DNA of 64,000 nt from Eledone cirrhosa (lineage: Eukaryota). Positions 14,100 through 28,116 of the stretch are shown piece by piece; the stretch's first letter is position 1; each line of letters starts with the position of its first letter. The notes beneath the pieces are model-generated. The model saw only the letters and a program-made list of their open reading frames with translations, had not been told where the DNA came from and did not search any database. Where the stretch lies: positions 28,954,001 through 29,018,000 of the forward strand of contig OZ024743.1 of assembly GCA_964016885.1 (NCBI GenBank). Direction: 5' to 3'. A program made the position numbers and the translations under genes.

Positions 14100-14745
14100 A
14101 GTGTTAAATGTTGGGTTACTCCACTTTGGTGGCTGATGTAACTATTGGTCCATGGCTGCTTATTAGCCTCTCAATCACTGTCAGAAAGACTGAAGTTTTG
14201 TATCAGCTGGAACCTAGAATGCCAGAACATGAACCTCAGATTGTCCCAATCATGAATCAGCTTCTGAATATAATGAAGAAGTTCACCTACATAGCCTGTG
14301 CAATTTCTAATGAAACAGCCTGGATGCAGAGGTGGATTGCAGCATCCAGTCTACAGCAGTCACTTTTGGAAAGCTCAATGACTGTCTGTGGAAACAATGG
14401 GGCATAAAACAGTTTATAAAATGCAAAGTATCCTGAGCACTGGAAACAATGGGGCATAAAACAATTTATAAAATGCAAAGTATCCTGAGCACTAATGCCA
14501 TCCTGTTGTTGTACTTACACATTAAAAACCTTATGAGTTTCCAGTTGGACCAACTACAGTCCATAATAAATATTCCCTGGTGAAATCACAGGTGGTTCTG
14601 CAGTGCACAAGTTTTCTCAGTGTTTAGCCCATTCTGCTGTAGTCACAGCTATACTGGGTTGGACATGGAATTCTTATGAAGGACATGAGGATCCCCAAGG
14701 ATGTGAGCTGAGATGTGGAAGCCGTCAAAGAGGACACCCACACAC
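14100..14745 (+). mobile_element. Highly degenerate RTE/BovB-like fragment
   Basis: ISLSITVRKTEVLYQ...KFTYI motif typical of the RTE RT C-terminal part. Confidence 0.55.
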
Positions 14746-15299
14746 AGATATCATCATAATGATTTAACGTTCACTTTCCCTGCTAGCAAGGGTTGGACAG
14801 GTCTTCACAGACCGAGTTTGTACTGAAGCAGGGCCACTGACCTGCCAGACAGGCTGGGAGTTTGCATTTCACATATGGTTATGTGTTCTACCTAGTGCAT
14901 GTTATCGTGGCACCAGCACTACAGAGGTTGTTGTATCTTTAACACAACTGGAGTGTCCTCCTTAACTTTTGTTTAGCAACCTTTCTATGGCTGGATGTCC
15001 TTCCTAATACCAACAAATTTACAACGTCTGCTGGGTGTTTTTATTGTATAGATCACCAACACAAGGGATCTTGTCATATCCTTCATAACACTTTTCCCCA
15101 AAACTCTTTATTTGGCAAGTTTCGTACAGCAGGATGTCCTTCTTATCACCAACACTAGGGAAGTTGTCAAGTCCTTGACACAACTCCTAACCCTTTATTT
15201 GGCAAGCTTTCTAGGGCTGGATGCTCTTCCTATCACCAACCACCTTACAGCGTGTAATGGGTATGTTTATCGTGTAGATCATCAACACTAGATATATAC

Positions 15300-15594
15300 A
15301 GTCCACCCCCTGTAATGTGGTCATCCTGATGACAACAAATAAGCACCCAGTCTACCCTGTAAAGTGGTCATGTTTATGACACCACAAAAGGTACCAAGTT
15401 GCCCCTGTAAGGTGCTGGTGTTGGTGACATGATAAAAAGTACACTATCCAATATGTCAGTTGGTCGTAAATGTGGTTGGTGTTAGGAAGGGCATCCAGCT
15501 GTAAAAACCAAGCCAGAAACAGTTTTGTATGAGCAATAGGACAAATCATCTAACCCGTTCAAGCATGGAAAATGGATGTTAAACAGTGATGATT
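15300..15594 (+). mobile_element. Stand-alone RTE-associated 3' module (SINE-like)
   Basis: Repeats of aaagcacccag..ctgtaaagtggtcatg, ggttggtgttaggaagggcatccagctgta, then terminal agcatggaaaatggatgttaaac + gatgat. Confidence 0.75.
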
Positions 15595-15596
15595 AT

Positions 15597-15597
<1 letters not shown>

Positions 15598-15635
<38 letters not shown>

Positions 15636-15647
15636 TGTGTGTGTGTG

Positions 15648-15679
<32 letters not shown>

Positions 15680-15714
15680 CGTGTATGTGTGTGTGTGCAT
15701 GTAGTGTGTGCGTG
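15598..15714. repeat. (GT)n microsatellite
   Basis: Direct reading. Confidence 0.95.
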
Positions 15715-16725
15715 TAAGAAGTGTTATACAGCATTAACCTTGACAATCAGATTCGCAGCTTAAATGCTCAGAGGATTATTATTTCATCTGGCTTCCACAG
15801 AAACAATAGTAAATATAATTATAATAAATGTAAATTATTATAGTTATCTCAAGACATTATAATAGATATAACATCAAAATCAACAATGGCAACATCAATA
15901 ACAATCGAATGAAATATATCCATTGAAGAGACAATTACTGAACTCTATAATTTGAGTTCAACAACTGTTTATTCTCTGCATGATTTGAAATTGAACAACT
16001 ATAATAATACACGAATCCATCTGAAGAGTGATGCAGGTGCAGAATAAATAAAAGGCTTTTACAATCTAAAGGCATTTTTTTTTATTGATTAAAGTTAATT
16101 TTCCCCATATCATTTCATATCTAAACCTACTGGTATACAGTACGGATTCAGGTATGATATGATATGCATACAATTTCTATCCACTTTTTTCTTATTTAGA
16201 TATCTTCAAATTTCATTATTGAAATAAATAAGTAATATCTATATCAGTTGCTACATAGTTGTATAAATCTGTGCATGTGTGTGTGTATATGTATATACAC
16301 ACACACATGTGTGTATATAGCTCTTTCATTCAGGATATTTAGCCATTTAGAACATAACTGCAAGCCCCAAATAGCGCCAATCCTTTTTAATATCTCTCCT
16401 TTCATGTCAATGCTATCACAAAACACCATATCCACATTTCCCTATTAAACCTTTTTAACCCAATAACACGGCTCCACTATGAGTAAGGTTTGGTGCAGCC
16501 AACTGGCCAGTCTTGTCTCATGACGTGGGCAACCTGTCTAACCTATGCAAGCATGGAAAATGGACATTAATTTGTGATGATGATGATGTTGATATATATA
16601 TATATCATCATCATTTTACGTGTATAGGTATGGCGGGTGAGCACTCAATGCTCGCGCAGAGCAGAGTATAATATTATAAGAATAAAGGAACAAAGAATCA
16701 GTGTTACATCATAACATGTTTAATG

Positions 16726-16817
16726 ACATATTACATATGTTTCACTGTCGATCAATTCGAGGAATGATCTATTATTGATCGAACCTGACTCTGGAATTGA
16801 AAGATCCTCAGATATGC
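16726..16817 (-). ncRNA. Type I hammerhead ribozyme motif (Penelope-like pLTR)
   Basis: Minus: GCAUAU-CUGAGGA-UCU...long hairpin...AGU-GAAAC-AUAU-GUA-AUAUGU; stem I GCAUAU/AUAUGU, palindromic stem III, GUA site. Confidence 0.7.
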
Positions 16818-17033
16818 TCCAATATGGAGCTTACATATTGAGGCATATCTGAGGTTCGATCAATAACAGATCGTTCCTCTAACTGATCGATAGTGAAACA
16901 TGTGTAATATGTTATTAAATATGTTATGATGCAACACTGATTCTTTGTTCCTTTATTCTCATATTATATATATCTCCTTTCATGTCAATGCATATATATA
17001 TACATATATATATATATACATATATATATATAC

Positions 17034-17064
<31 letters not shown>

Positions 17065-17087
17065 CATATATATACATATATATATAC

Positions 17088-17176
<89 letters not shown>

Positions 17177-17319
17177 GAGAATAAAGGAACAAAGAATCAG
17201 TGTTGCATCATAACATATTTAATAACATATTACACATGTTTCACTATCGATCAGTTAGAGGAACGATCTGTTATTGATCGAACCTCAGATATGCCTCAAT
17301 ATGTAAGCTCCATATTGGA

Positions 17320-17411
17320 GCATATCCGAGGATCTTTCAATTCCAGAGTCAGGTTCGATCAATAACAGATCATTCCTCGAGCTGATCGACAGTGAAACAT
17401 ATGTAATATGT
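17320..17411 (+). ncRNA. Mirror hammerhead copy with CUGA>CCGA core mutation
   Basis: gcatat-ccgagga-tct...agt-gaaac-atat-gta-atatgt. Confidence 0.6.
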
Positions 17412-18900
17412 CATTAAACATGTTATGATGTAACACTGATTCTTTGTTCCTTTATTCTTATAATATTATACTCTGCTCTGCGCGAGCATTGAGTGCTCAC
17501 TCGGCATACCTATACACGTAAAATGATGATGATATATATATATATATCAACATCATCATCATCACAAGTTAATGTCCATTTTCCATGCTTGCATAGGTTA
17601 GACAGGTTGCCCACGTCATGAGACAAGACTGGCCAGTTGGCTGCACCAAACCTTACTCATAGTGGAGCCGTGTTATTGGGTTAAAAAGGTTTAATAGGGA
17701 AATGTGGATATGGTGTTTTTGTGATAGCATTGACATGAAAGGAGAGATATTAAAAAGGATTGGGGCTATTTGGGGCTTGCAGTTATGTTCTAAATGGCTA
17801 AATATCCTGAATGAAAGAGCTATAGAAGGACACTTCAGTACATAGTGGTTTATAATATTGAAGTTTTCAAAACACTAGTAATATTATTATTTATTTCATT
17901 TCTTAGCTTTTGTTTAGCCATTCGTGAATGGTATCTTTCATGGTTCATTTTTTTCTTATATATCATGAAAAATAGAATTTAATAAAATATGTACTAGACT
18001 TGAAAAAATAAGTACTGAGACTAATATGATTGACTAAACCCAGTCCAATGAGAGAAACCAGTAAAAGAATAAAAGGAAAAAGACAGAATGATAAATAAAA
18101 TCTAGGTTGGAATTAGGAAGGGTATGCAACTGCTTCAAGAAGTCTTATTCAACCCAAGCCAGTATAGAAAAACAAGTTAAAAAGAAATGATAAAGATGAT
18201 GATGGTGAATATTCACTAACTGTTACTCTGAGTTTCATGTGAAACTTCAAGTAATGATTAGTGAATTTTTCTTCTCAGAACATAATAAAACTCTACGATA
18301 CATATTGAGAACACCATTTTCTACTTCTTGTTTGTGTAGCTCTTTACCACTTAGCGTACATGCATACTTGTAATGTAAACACACATATAGGCAGATACAA
18401 AAACATGCACATGTACATATAAACCTAAATAGACATACGTATACATGTGTACAAAAGATAATTTTGTAAACAAAAAAAAAAGATAAAAGATAAAAGATGT
18501 AGCAATTATGAGAAAGACTGATCTTTGGAGTTTAATAATGTTTCAATGAAATGTGTGTGTATGAGTGTAACAAAGTATTATCATATGTATGTGTGCATAT
18601 ACATATTTATTCTATGGGTTCATTACTATTTTAAATGCTTTATCATGAACAGAAAATCTTTCTAAAATCAAAACACTCAGTCATATAAAAATAAAAATAT
18701 ATGTGCTATTATATATTTAAGAGGAAAATGAAAATTATCTGAAACACTAAGAATATTTGGATTTTCTAAATAAATATAGTATTAAAGAGAATTGCTGATG
18801 AGCCTTAAATTTAAATTGCAAACAACTGAAACAATGCCAATATTGTTTAAAATAGTGATATTAACTTAAATGCTAGATAGAGATTTCAGAATAAATGTAC

Positions 18901-19080
18901 GTTGACTACAATATCCCCACATGATATAGTGAATAGAATTGATGTAAATTAAAAAAAGAAGGATAATAAATGATAATATTAAATTTGTTGCTTTTTCTAA
19001 AATGTTATCAGAGTAGATTTCATCAAACTTCAGCAATCTTTCGAATCTAACATTTACAAACATAATAATTCTTCGAATCT
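18901..19080 (-). pseudogene. Exon-like block, CNG channel S4-S5-like (IRRIIMFVNVRFERLLKF...ILSFIILLFLIYINSIHYIMWGYC)
   Basis: Bounded by ctgtag| and |gtac; 180 bp, open, phase-symmetric; basic segment followed by a hydrophobic helix. Confidence 0.5.
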
Positions 19081-19257
19081 CTACAGATATTTGAGAAAAC
19101 ATTATTTTAGATTGCATACTTCCATCTGGGTTTCTTTTGTAGTCTCTTTTACCAATATAAAGGCATATATGTGTGTATGTGTGTGGAAGAAAGAGAGAAG
19201 TTAATACATCATCTCATTTAAATAGTGTGTATGTATGTATGTGTGTGTACACGTGAA

Positions 19258-19385
19258 AGTGCATGGCTTAGTGGTTAGAGTGTTCAGCTCATGATCGTAA
19301 GACCATAAGGTTGATTCCCAGTGGTATGATGTGTCCTTCAGCATATCACTTTATTTCAAATTACTCCAGTTCACTCAGCTGGAAA
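19258..19385 (+). mobile_element. SINE family 1 copy
   Basis: catggcttagtggttagagtg A box; degenerate core. Confidence 0.65.
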
Positions 19386-19669
19386 AACTCTACCTGTATT
19401 TCAAGGGGTCAGCCTTATCAAAGATTTTGTCACACTGAATGCACACCTCTGTAGAAAGCTCAAGCACTTGCACACTAATTTCAAGATCAAGCAGGACCAT
19501 TGATTAAACATCTGGGACACTCATCATCAGAACTGACAGTATGACAGCAAACAGACACATGCATATAGCTGTACATTGAGATAAAAAGGACAGATCCTGA
19601 ACACTATAGATCTCTCCTGCAATCAGACCTGGACACAATGTAGCATGGATCACAGACGGGCAACTCAAG

Positions 19670-20475
19670 CTGGCTGTGGACAAATGTACCACCATGCATT
19701 TTGGGAGGAAAATCCCAGCGTCCACACACTCCCTTCACAACACTAATATCAAGAAGTCTTCTTGTGAACTTGACCTGGGCATTACTGTCAGCAGCGATTT
19801 GTGTTGGACAACGCACATCTCTAAAATTGTCAAGAAGGCCAAGGGTTTCTTGGCATCACTCAGCAAGATCTTTGTCACCCGCTCTCCAGCTATCTATTTA
19901 AAGCTGTATATAGCTATGGTGCGGCTACACGTAGAATTTGCATCACCAGTCTGGAACCCCTATCTTGCTCAGGATATTGACCTCCTGGAAACTGTTCAGA
20001 GATGTGCAATCAAGCAAATAGCCTCCATAAGGCATCTACCAAACTCTGAATGCCTTGCTTCCCGGGGCATGGATACATTGAAACTCTGACGTCTGGCAAC
20101 TGACTTGGTATACACCCACAAAATCATTAACCATCTTGCCAACAACAACCCTGAGCAATTTTTTGATTTCCATGTGTCTAACACACGTGGGCATGCCTAC
20201 AAAGTCAGAAAACAGCAGAGCTCCCATGACCTTCGGAAACACTTTTTCACACTCAAAGTTGCTGAAGCACGGAACAAACTACCTGCATCAGTTGTTAGCT
20301 GCTGACACACTGCATCCTTTAAAACCTCAATGAAATTCGCCAACACTACACTGGATATCCCCCCTCCACACACACACACACACACATGTATATCATGACT
20401 CATACACTGTTCATTTTCCTGACATTTGTACATTATTCTATGTAAGTGCACCTGAGTACTATACTCATTAATTTC
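19670..20475 (+). mobile_element. CR1-clade LINE 3' fragment
   Basis: KCTTMHFG, ELDLGI, LYIAMVRLHVEFASPVWNPY, LETVQR, FFTLKV...NKLP. Confidence 0.9.
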
Positions 20476-22164
20476 ATTATTATTATATATAATGTGTGAA
20501 TGTGTGTGTGTGGTTGTATGTATACATGTGTATTTATGAATGATTTCGTGTGTATATATAAATATGTTTATAATTCACATTTATATATGTATATAATTAA
20601 TATATATGTATATAATTCACATTTACTCACAGTATATTTCGAAACATACCCATATAATTACATGAATCATAACAAAAATTGCATACGTATTTGCTTTTAT
20701 ATGTCTGAAACACTCATTCTATTGATTATCATCTAATCATGCTAAAAGTTCCCCATAAGAGATTATTCAAAAGTATATCACAATCATACACATTTCATTC
20801 AAATCACATGAAAAATGATAACTCCATTGTCAAGGTGTATCTAAAAAAGGATCAATGGCATACATTTTTCTTTGCCATTACCACTTTCATTGTTGCCATC
20901 ATCCTCACTTTAGCATTGGTTCTTTCATATTTGTATAGGAAAGATGGATCTGATGTAAAATATATAATCCATAATCATGTCATCAAGTTTGCTATCTAGT
21001 TTGTAAAGCTACCATCTTGAAATGATCTGACTATTTCTTTCTTGTACGCCCACCTCTGTCTTTCTCTGCTGTGAGTACATCCCACCATCAGCATGATATT
21101 TATTCACTTAACACCCCACCACTAGCACAGTCATCTTTCTTGAATACTTCAACAGATGGTTTTATGTCTTGTCACATTTTTAGTTTACCCAAACACCAGC
21201 TTTAATGCAAGTTATCATTGCATGCAAAACAAAATATCATCATCACTGTTTTACATCTATTTTTCCATGCTAGCGTGGGTTAGACGAGTTGTCCTGTTGT
21301 GGGAAATGCTAGGTCAGGTGATCATGTCTTGCTCATACAGAACTGATTTGTGTGACATGGTGCACATCATAATTTTCTCCGACTTCAGCAGCTCCGAGAC
21401 ATTCAATACTTTTCTTTCACTAATATGTAACATCACACACTTTCATATAGTTCCCTTTTTATATGGAAAACGTAATTGTTTATGGCAATCATTAGCAACA
21501 AGTCCCTAAACTTCTTCCCTACTACCTCTAATTCTAGCACTTATTTCATCATTTAAATAACAGAAACTGAACTCCTATTGGCTCCTGTGAAGCAATCGAG
21601 TAGTTCATATGAATTAATGAGTGCTCCACCTAATTACTCCAATGCATTTATTACATCTAAAGCCCTGCTTCTTTGTCAGTCTATCTCACATCCAATTCAT
21701 TCCAGATGAGCATTGAAATTTGGCCAATTGTATTTTGTCAAAGACTTAACTTTACACTAAGGTTATGTAAGTGTTAATATACTTAATACAGAGAGCATTG
21801 AAAAAAATTAAATTTAGTCAATGATTAATATTATTATTTTTCTTTTCTTTTTATTGCAACTATCAAAGACAACACTGGACATGCTTTGGTCTTATTCTGA
21901 CCTTGTCAACAATACATAGATTTTACTGTATCTCTTGGAGTCACTAAGTAAATGTACAGAATATTGTACATTAGTTAGTGTCAGAAATTTGGTAATTTAG
22001 ATAAATAAAAATTGTTTATAGAATAAATAATTCAGAGATGCCATCCACAGGGTGTTAGCCTTAACATATATTATGACAGGTACATTAAAAAGCTAACTAG
22101 AAATAATTATCTAGTGAGGAGAAACTTGTCTTACATAATAGAAGAGCTGTTACAGACATATACA

Positions 22165-22772
22165 TAGATATATAAATATTAATAGCTTCTGTAAACTAAG
22201 CGATCTAATTATCAGTGGAGAAGGTTGCTCTGAAGGTATGGTAGCAAGAATAAGAAAAGGATGGAGGAAATTCAAGGAACTATTACCTCTGTTGATAATG
22301 GGTTTTTCTCTGTGAATGAAGGGTGGGTTGTATAATGACCATGTCTCAAGTGCAATGTTGCACGGTAATGAGATATGTGGTGAATGCAGAGGATATGTGA
22401 AGGCAGGAGGGTTATGAAGTGAGTGTGATACTTTGGATGTGTAATGATGTGGATGAATATCAAAGCATGGATGAATAAAAGAAAAACCTGGATAAAAGAG
22501 GAATTTGATGTAATGTGCAAGATAGACAACAGTACTGGTATGAACATGAGATGCATACGGATGATGTTCATTGGGTGAAGAAGTGCCAAAAGATCCAGGA
22601 GGAAAGACGCTGCAGTAAAGGAAGGCTAAGACAGGAGTGGTAAGAGCAGATCCCAAAACATTGAACCTTGCAGAGATGGTGAGGAACTTCAATGAGTGGA
22701 GGGAAGTTATGCTGGAAAAGGCCTACCCCAACCCATGGAAACAGAAAAATGGACGTAAAATGATGATGATGA
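22165..22772 (+). mobile_element. Degenerate RTE 3' fragment
   Basis: DNA homology to family A 3' end; ends ggacgtaaaatgatgatgat. Confidence 0.75.
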
Positions 22773-23039
22773 ATTATACATGGAAATTAGAATTTGATAT
22801 ATAAAGATAATTTACAGAGAATTATTGAAAGCATACTAAAATATGTATGTGGTATAAAATATATTGTTTGCTTTCACTGAGTTTCTATTTTTGATTTTTT
22901 TCTTTCTCTGGCTACAAATAATTTACTTTCTCTTTCCCTTTCTCTCCCCTTCCATACACCTTCCTAACACTCCACTCTTCACCAGCTAAGTGTCCATACC
23001 CTAGACCTACCTCACCAATCCCCACCCTACATATATGCA

Positions 23040-23385
23040 CCTCCCCCACCACAGCCCCCAGTCCACATTGTAAAGTGGTTGTTTAGGTGCCATGACAAAA
23101 AGCACCCAGCCAACCCAGTAAAGTGGTCATGTTGGTACGCAACAAAAAGTGCCCAGCCCACACAGTGAAGTGGTCATTTTGGGGACATGATAAAAAGCAC
23201 CCAGTCCACACTATAAATGTGGTTGGCATTAGGAAGGACATCCAGCTGTAGAAACCAAGCCAGAAACAGTTCTGTATGAATAAGATACAGTCATTTGATC
23301 TGACATGTCTCACAAAGGGACAACTTGTCTAACCCATGCTAGATAGAAAAATGAAGATTAAACAGTGATGATGATGATGATGATG
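23040..23385 (+). mobile_element. Stand-alone RTE-associated 3' module
   Basis: Several aaaagcacccag..gtaaagtgg units, ggttggcattaggaaggacatccagctgtag, (GAT)n tail. Confidence 0.8.
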
Positions 23386-23664
23386 TTTCTGATAATGCTG
23401 ATATTGTTAATGATAATGGTAACAAATTGTAGAACTTGCACCTATGTAGGTCTAGCTGACCTCCTATGAAATTTCATCTCATAGGCAGCTTCTTGCATGT
23501 TTTTATAATAAGGGCCACCAATCCTATTATAAAAAGGAACATGAAATCAAAATGTTTTACTCAAGAACAAAATGTCCCACCCAGACCAAGAATTGAACCC
23601 ACAACTTTATGATTGAGTCCAACTCACAAACCACTCAACCACATGCCTTCACGATGGTAATGAA

Positions 23665-24045
23665 AATAATTGTTTCTACTTTTGGCACAAGGCCAGCAAT
23701 TATCCCAGTGTATTACTGGTACTTTATTTTATCGACCCCGTAAGGATGAAAGGCAAAGTTAACCTCGGCGGGATTTGAATTCAAACCATAAAGGGCTGTA
23801 ACTTTTTGCTGCAAAGCATGGCGTCTGAGCCTTTACCAATACTGCCATGAAAATAATAATTGTTTCTACTTTAGGCACAAGGCCAGCAATTACCCAGTGC
23901 ATTTCTGGTACTTTATTTTATCGACCCCATAAGGATGAAAGGCAAAGTTAACTTCGGCGGGATTTGAACTCAGACTGTAAAGTCGTAACTGTGCTTGAAA
24001 GCATGGCGTCCAACCCTCTACCGATACTGCCAATTCACCGCCGTT
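23665..24045 (-). mobile_element. Two tandem SINE family 2 copies
   Basis: aattgtttctac...gatgaaaggcaaagttaac...gggatttgaa occurs twice. Confidence 0.85.
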
Positions 24046-24289
24046 GAAAATAATAATGCTTTGTAATATTAGCACAAGGTCATACATTTAATAATGATGA
24101 TGCTGATGATGATGAGGATGAGGAGGAGATGTAATTAAACATTACAAGGCATTTTGTCTGATGATTTACTAATCCTACTCCCTATCACTCATACATTAGT
24201 AGGATTGATGGATAGTAATACCAGCAACAACATCAACAACAAAGATTATGACAACCATGATACACAGTAGAATAAATGTCCATTCTTAC

Positions 24290-24433
24290 CATTCCAAATA
24301 TTAGGGATTCACATAAGGCTGATGATGGCAATACTTGTTTAATGCGAATTTTGATTAAAGGTTGTGTTGTTTGAGACAAATTTGTTCCTGGGGACAGCAA
24401 AGGCTTGCCACTGGTGTTATCCATATAAAGAAG
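24290..24433 (-). pseudogene. Exon-like block (LLYMDNTSGK...KQVLPSSALCESLIFGM)
   Basis: Bounded by tgcag| and ATG|gtaag; 144 bp open frame in unique DNA. Confidence 0.5.
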
Positions 24434-24532
24434 CTGCATCAAATTTTTTATAAATATTATTAAAACAAAATCAATGGAATTAATCAGAGGAAATATTTAT
24501 AATACTTATTTTCAACTTTAGTTATTAACTTT

Positions 24533-24567
<35 letters not shown>

Positions 24568-25529
24568 ATACATAGATACATACACATATAAACATATATG
24601 TATGCAAACATATATATATATACATACATGTATGCAAACATATATATATATATATATATACATACACACGTGCATATGTGATCGTTGTTACTCGATAAAC
24701 AAGCAAGACTCTTCTCAATTGTGCAATATTTATTTTTAAGAAAAAGAAATAATTTTACTGTAAACAATTCTTATGTCCAGATATAAAGCCAAACGTTTGT
24801 TGGCAATTGGCAAAGTCTTCTCCCTCGTATCATCACCAGCCCAGTGGATTTTGTAATGTTTCTTAAGGCAACTGGATAATTCGCCTTTTTTTTTTTTGGT
24901 ATATGTAAATTGGCTTGCATCATGCAACCTTAAATGGGATTTCAAACATGCATATGATAAGCATACCTTATTTACAATATGAACAAAGGAAAGTGGACAA
25001 TCATTATATTCAGTATGGGGCCATATGTCCTGCTTTCGTGCAGTCCTTTTAAGTTCAGCATACCAAACACATTTCTTTTCTAAGTTATTCACACTGCTTA
25101 ATTTTGTGTCTGTAACCTACTTATAGTGAGCTTCCTCACCAACTACTTTAGTGTGGACGCGGTGCATTATTCGTGCTACAAGCACTAGAGAGGGTGTCTT
25201 ACCAGACTTAAGAGTCTTATCCACTCTGCATCAGTTTATATTTGGTGTCTATTCTCCTAGATGGGTAGCCTTCACTACAGCTTATGAAGCTCACATCTGC
25301 CCTATGCAGTTGTTTTTTTTAAATCAGAGTTACTGCTCTTCTAGATGGTTTGCCTTCACTACAACTTACAGAGTTGACGTCTGCTCTATGCAGTTGATTT
25401 TATTTGGAGTCACTGCACTCCTAGACAAATTGTCTTCACTATGGCTTGCGAAGTGTGTGTGTTTGTGTATCATTATCATCATCATCATTTAATATCCATC
25501 TTCCATGCTAGCATGGGTAGGACCTAGCA

Positions 25530-25851
25530 TGGGTATGACCAAGCATAGACGAGTTGAGAAAGAAACTGGGTATAAGAAGGATAAGTTGTGGTGTGCAGGA
25601 GAGAAGACTGAGATGGTATGGACATGTGATGCGAATGGAGGATGACCACTGGGTAAAGAAGTGCCAAGAAATCTCAGTAGAAAGAAGACGCAGTAGAGGT
25701 AGACCACAAACAAAATGGGCGGAGGTGGTGAGAGCAGACTTCAGATTGCTGAAACTCACGGAGGATATGATGAAGGACCGTGACAAGTGGAGAGATGCTG
25801 GGCTGAATAGGACCCATCCAACCCTTGCAAGTAGGGAAAAGCGGACGTAAA

Positions 25852-25884
<33 letters not shown>
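25530..25884 (+). mobile_element. RTE family A 3' fragment
   Basis: ERRLRWYGHVMRM...HPTLASREKRT* + (GAT)n. Confidence 0.9.
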
Positions 25885-25886
<2 letters not shown>

Positions 25887-26254
25887 ATATACGTACATAT
25901 ATCTTGTTAATCCTGATATATGCAAAAACAGTCTCACTGAAACTATGAAAAGGGATAAAAATCTACAAGCTGAAGTTAAAGAGGGCAGAAAGCATAACCT
26001 ATAAATAATTCTTGAAATAATGGCCAGCTACTTGGTCATGTTTACTTAAAACAAAACTCTGAAAGAATTAGAGGAAAGATTATGCAGCATATGGATATAT
26101 GAACTCTGACTATATTAATTTCTAATATATTAACTTGCTTCATACACTCCATTTATTATAAATCTTTACAGAAATACTGTATATGTTTATATATATGGAA
26201 TTTATTCATAAATATGCTGTGCTGTATGTGCTGGGCCTTAACTGTAATTCTTAC

Positions 26255-26393
26255 TGACAGACAGTACACAATGTGTCCAGAGTGAGAAAATATTATTTTG
26301 TGAAGTTTCCCCTATTATTGTTTATTGCAAATTCTCTGTCGAATAAGATTTTTAGGGAGAAGAAGCAAAAACCCACAGCCGAAAAGCTTGTGC
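26255..26393 (-). pseudogene. Frameshifted exon, start of CNBD (AQAFR..GFCFFSLK...YF/HSGHIV)
   Basis: Bounded by ctatag| and |gtaag; across frameshifts it resembles F..C..GF..L.LK...G.....YFI.SG.V. Confidence 0.45.
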
Positions 26394-27265
26394 CTATAGA
26401 ATTTTAAGACAGTTTAAAGTTTGTATTTTTGCAGTTCGTTTGCACAAAATATTAGTTAACAAAGATCTACAAAATATTTTGAAAGATAATCTAAAATGAA
26501 AAGGCCATAAAATATCAAAGCCAGTAAACCAGAGATTGAACTGGCACTTTTCTTAAAGATAATTTATTGAATTGCTAAGTGTAGTTTTCTAAGAAAATCT
26601 AACAAAAATCAGGCAACCTTTCGAAATGTAATAGTTCATTGTAATGAAATTATTCCATTTTTGCTCAAAGAAAGTCTTTCACAGCATTCCACACTATAGA
26701 ATTAATACTTTCTGGAATCCGGTATGGTGGGCTTTCGAGCAAAAATTCAGTTAAAAGAATCATTGGATAGATTTTACGTGCAAATCCAACTGGTAGGAGA
26801 CCCAGGGTTAGACCCAAGGAAGATGGTTAGATAACATCCATAAGCTTGGTTGGTCTCACTTGAGAATCATGCCGGATGGATTGAAGATAGTTGTTCTGAG
26901 AAGACCTGCTGGAAGGTCTGCTTGAGGACTCTGCCCCTACAACCCTCCTAGGTATATGTGAAAGAAGAAAACTTCTATGTATGCTGTGGATGGTATAGAA
27001 GTGTTGTATAAATCTCCTATTATTTTTGTCTTCTCTCTTTCTCTCTCTATTTTGTGGTAAGAAGGGAGATGGTGTATTTGGTAAGTAATACTTTAAGCCT
27101 ATTAATTTTGAGATAAGTTTTTAGTGGAATAATGTAGAATGAAGTCATCATCATCATCACCGTTTTACGTCCGTTCTTCCACGCTAGCATGGGTTAGACG
27201 GGTTGTCCTGTTGTAGGCAGTGTCTGGTCGGCTGACCATGCCTTGCTCATACAGGAACTGTGTTA

Positions 27266-27520
27266 GACATTTTCACGCTCAGAGTTGCTGAAGCATGGAA
27301 CAAACTACCTGCATCAGTTGTTAGTTGTCGAGACACTGCATCCTTTAAAACCTCCATGCTTCCCGAGATTCGCCAACACTACACCTAATGTTCCCCCTCC
27401 ATACACATACACACATGTATATCATGACTCATACACTATTCACTTCCCTGAGATTTGTATATTATTCTATGTACTATACATGCACCTTTGACGAGTTGTA
27501 GTGCACCTGAGCACTTTACA
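27266..27520 (+). mobile_element. CR1 3' end fragment
   Basis: Homologous to 20240-20460. Confidence 0.8.
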
Positions 27521-28116
27521 CAATACCATCTGCATATGATTCTGTATGTATACTTTGTGAAGATGTAGGAAGGTTACATATGTATAGAATAAAATGTATA
27601 GGTGATAGGAAGGCTTATTACAATCCTCCATCCAAAATATTGCAAATACAGGATATTTAGTTTTTGTATACTCCTAAGTTTGGCGACCTCAACACTAATT
27701 TGCTAATCAACATTTTGTGTTGTTTATTAAAGAGTTTATAAGACAATGTATACAGATTGTGCAACATTGATTTTTGTATAAATTCAATATAAATGTAATG
27801 CTTCATAAAATTGTTTTAGGCATCACTTTTTTTTTTCATCTATTTTAAATATTTTGTGTGTTTTTTTTCTACATGGTATCCATTTGTGTGTAAAGTGTTT
27901 GAATAGAAGACATGGGGAAGAAAAGGTTTCGTGTCATTTTGCTCTAGTTAGTTGCTTTACACTACCAAATAAAAATTATTTCTCCCATTGACTATTCAGC
28001 TATCCAACACTAGCTGAAAAATACATGCACATGTTAGAATTTGCATGACTATCTAAAATTCTGTTATCCTTTAAAATGAAACAAAACTAATAATAAATGT
28101 GAAATTAGTTACTCAC

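Larger units (their letters stand above)
16316..17824. repeat. Large inverted duplication (~655-bp arms) around a (TA)n-rich spacer
   Basis: 16316-~16970 is the reverse complement of ~17165-17824 with a few substitutions. Confidence 0.95.

Noticed and set aside
16945-17192. YI/IY-rich ORFs here and at 6.0, 24.5, 35.0, 55.8 and 60.8 kb
   Set aside because: Translations of (TA)n microsatellites.
18791-18841. ctgatgagcc...gaaacaatgccaat hammerhead-like string
   Set aside because: No stem II pairing and no NUH triplet; likely chance.
24736-25092. 118-aa minus ORF as an additional channel exon
   Set aside because: Position fits the candidate gene, but splice sites and motifs are not convincing enough to list.
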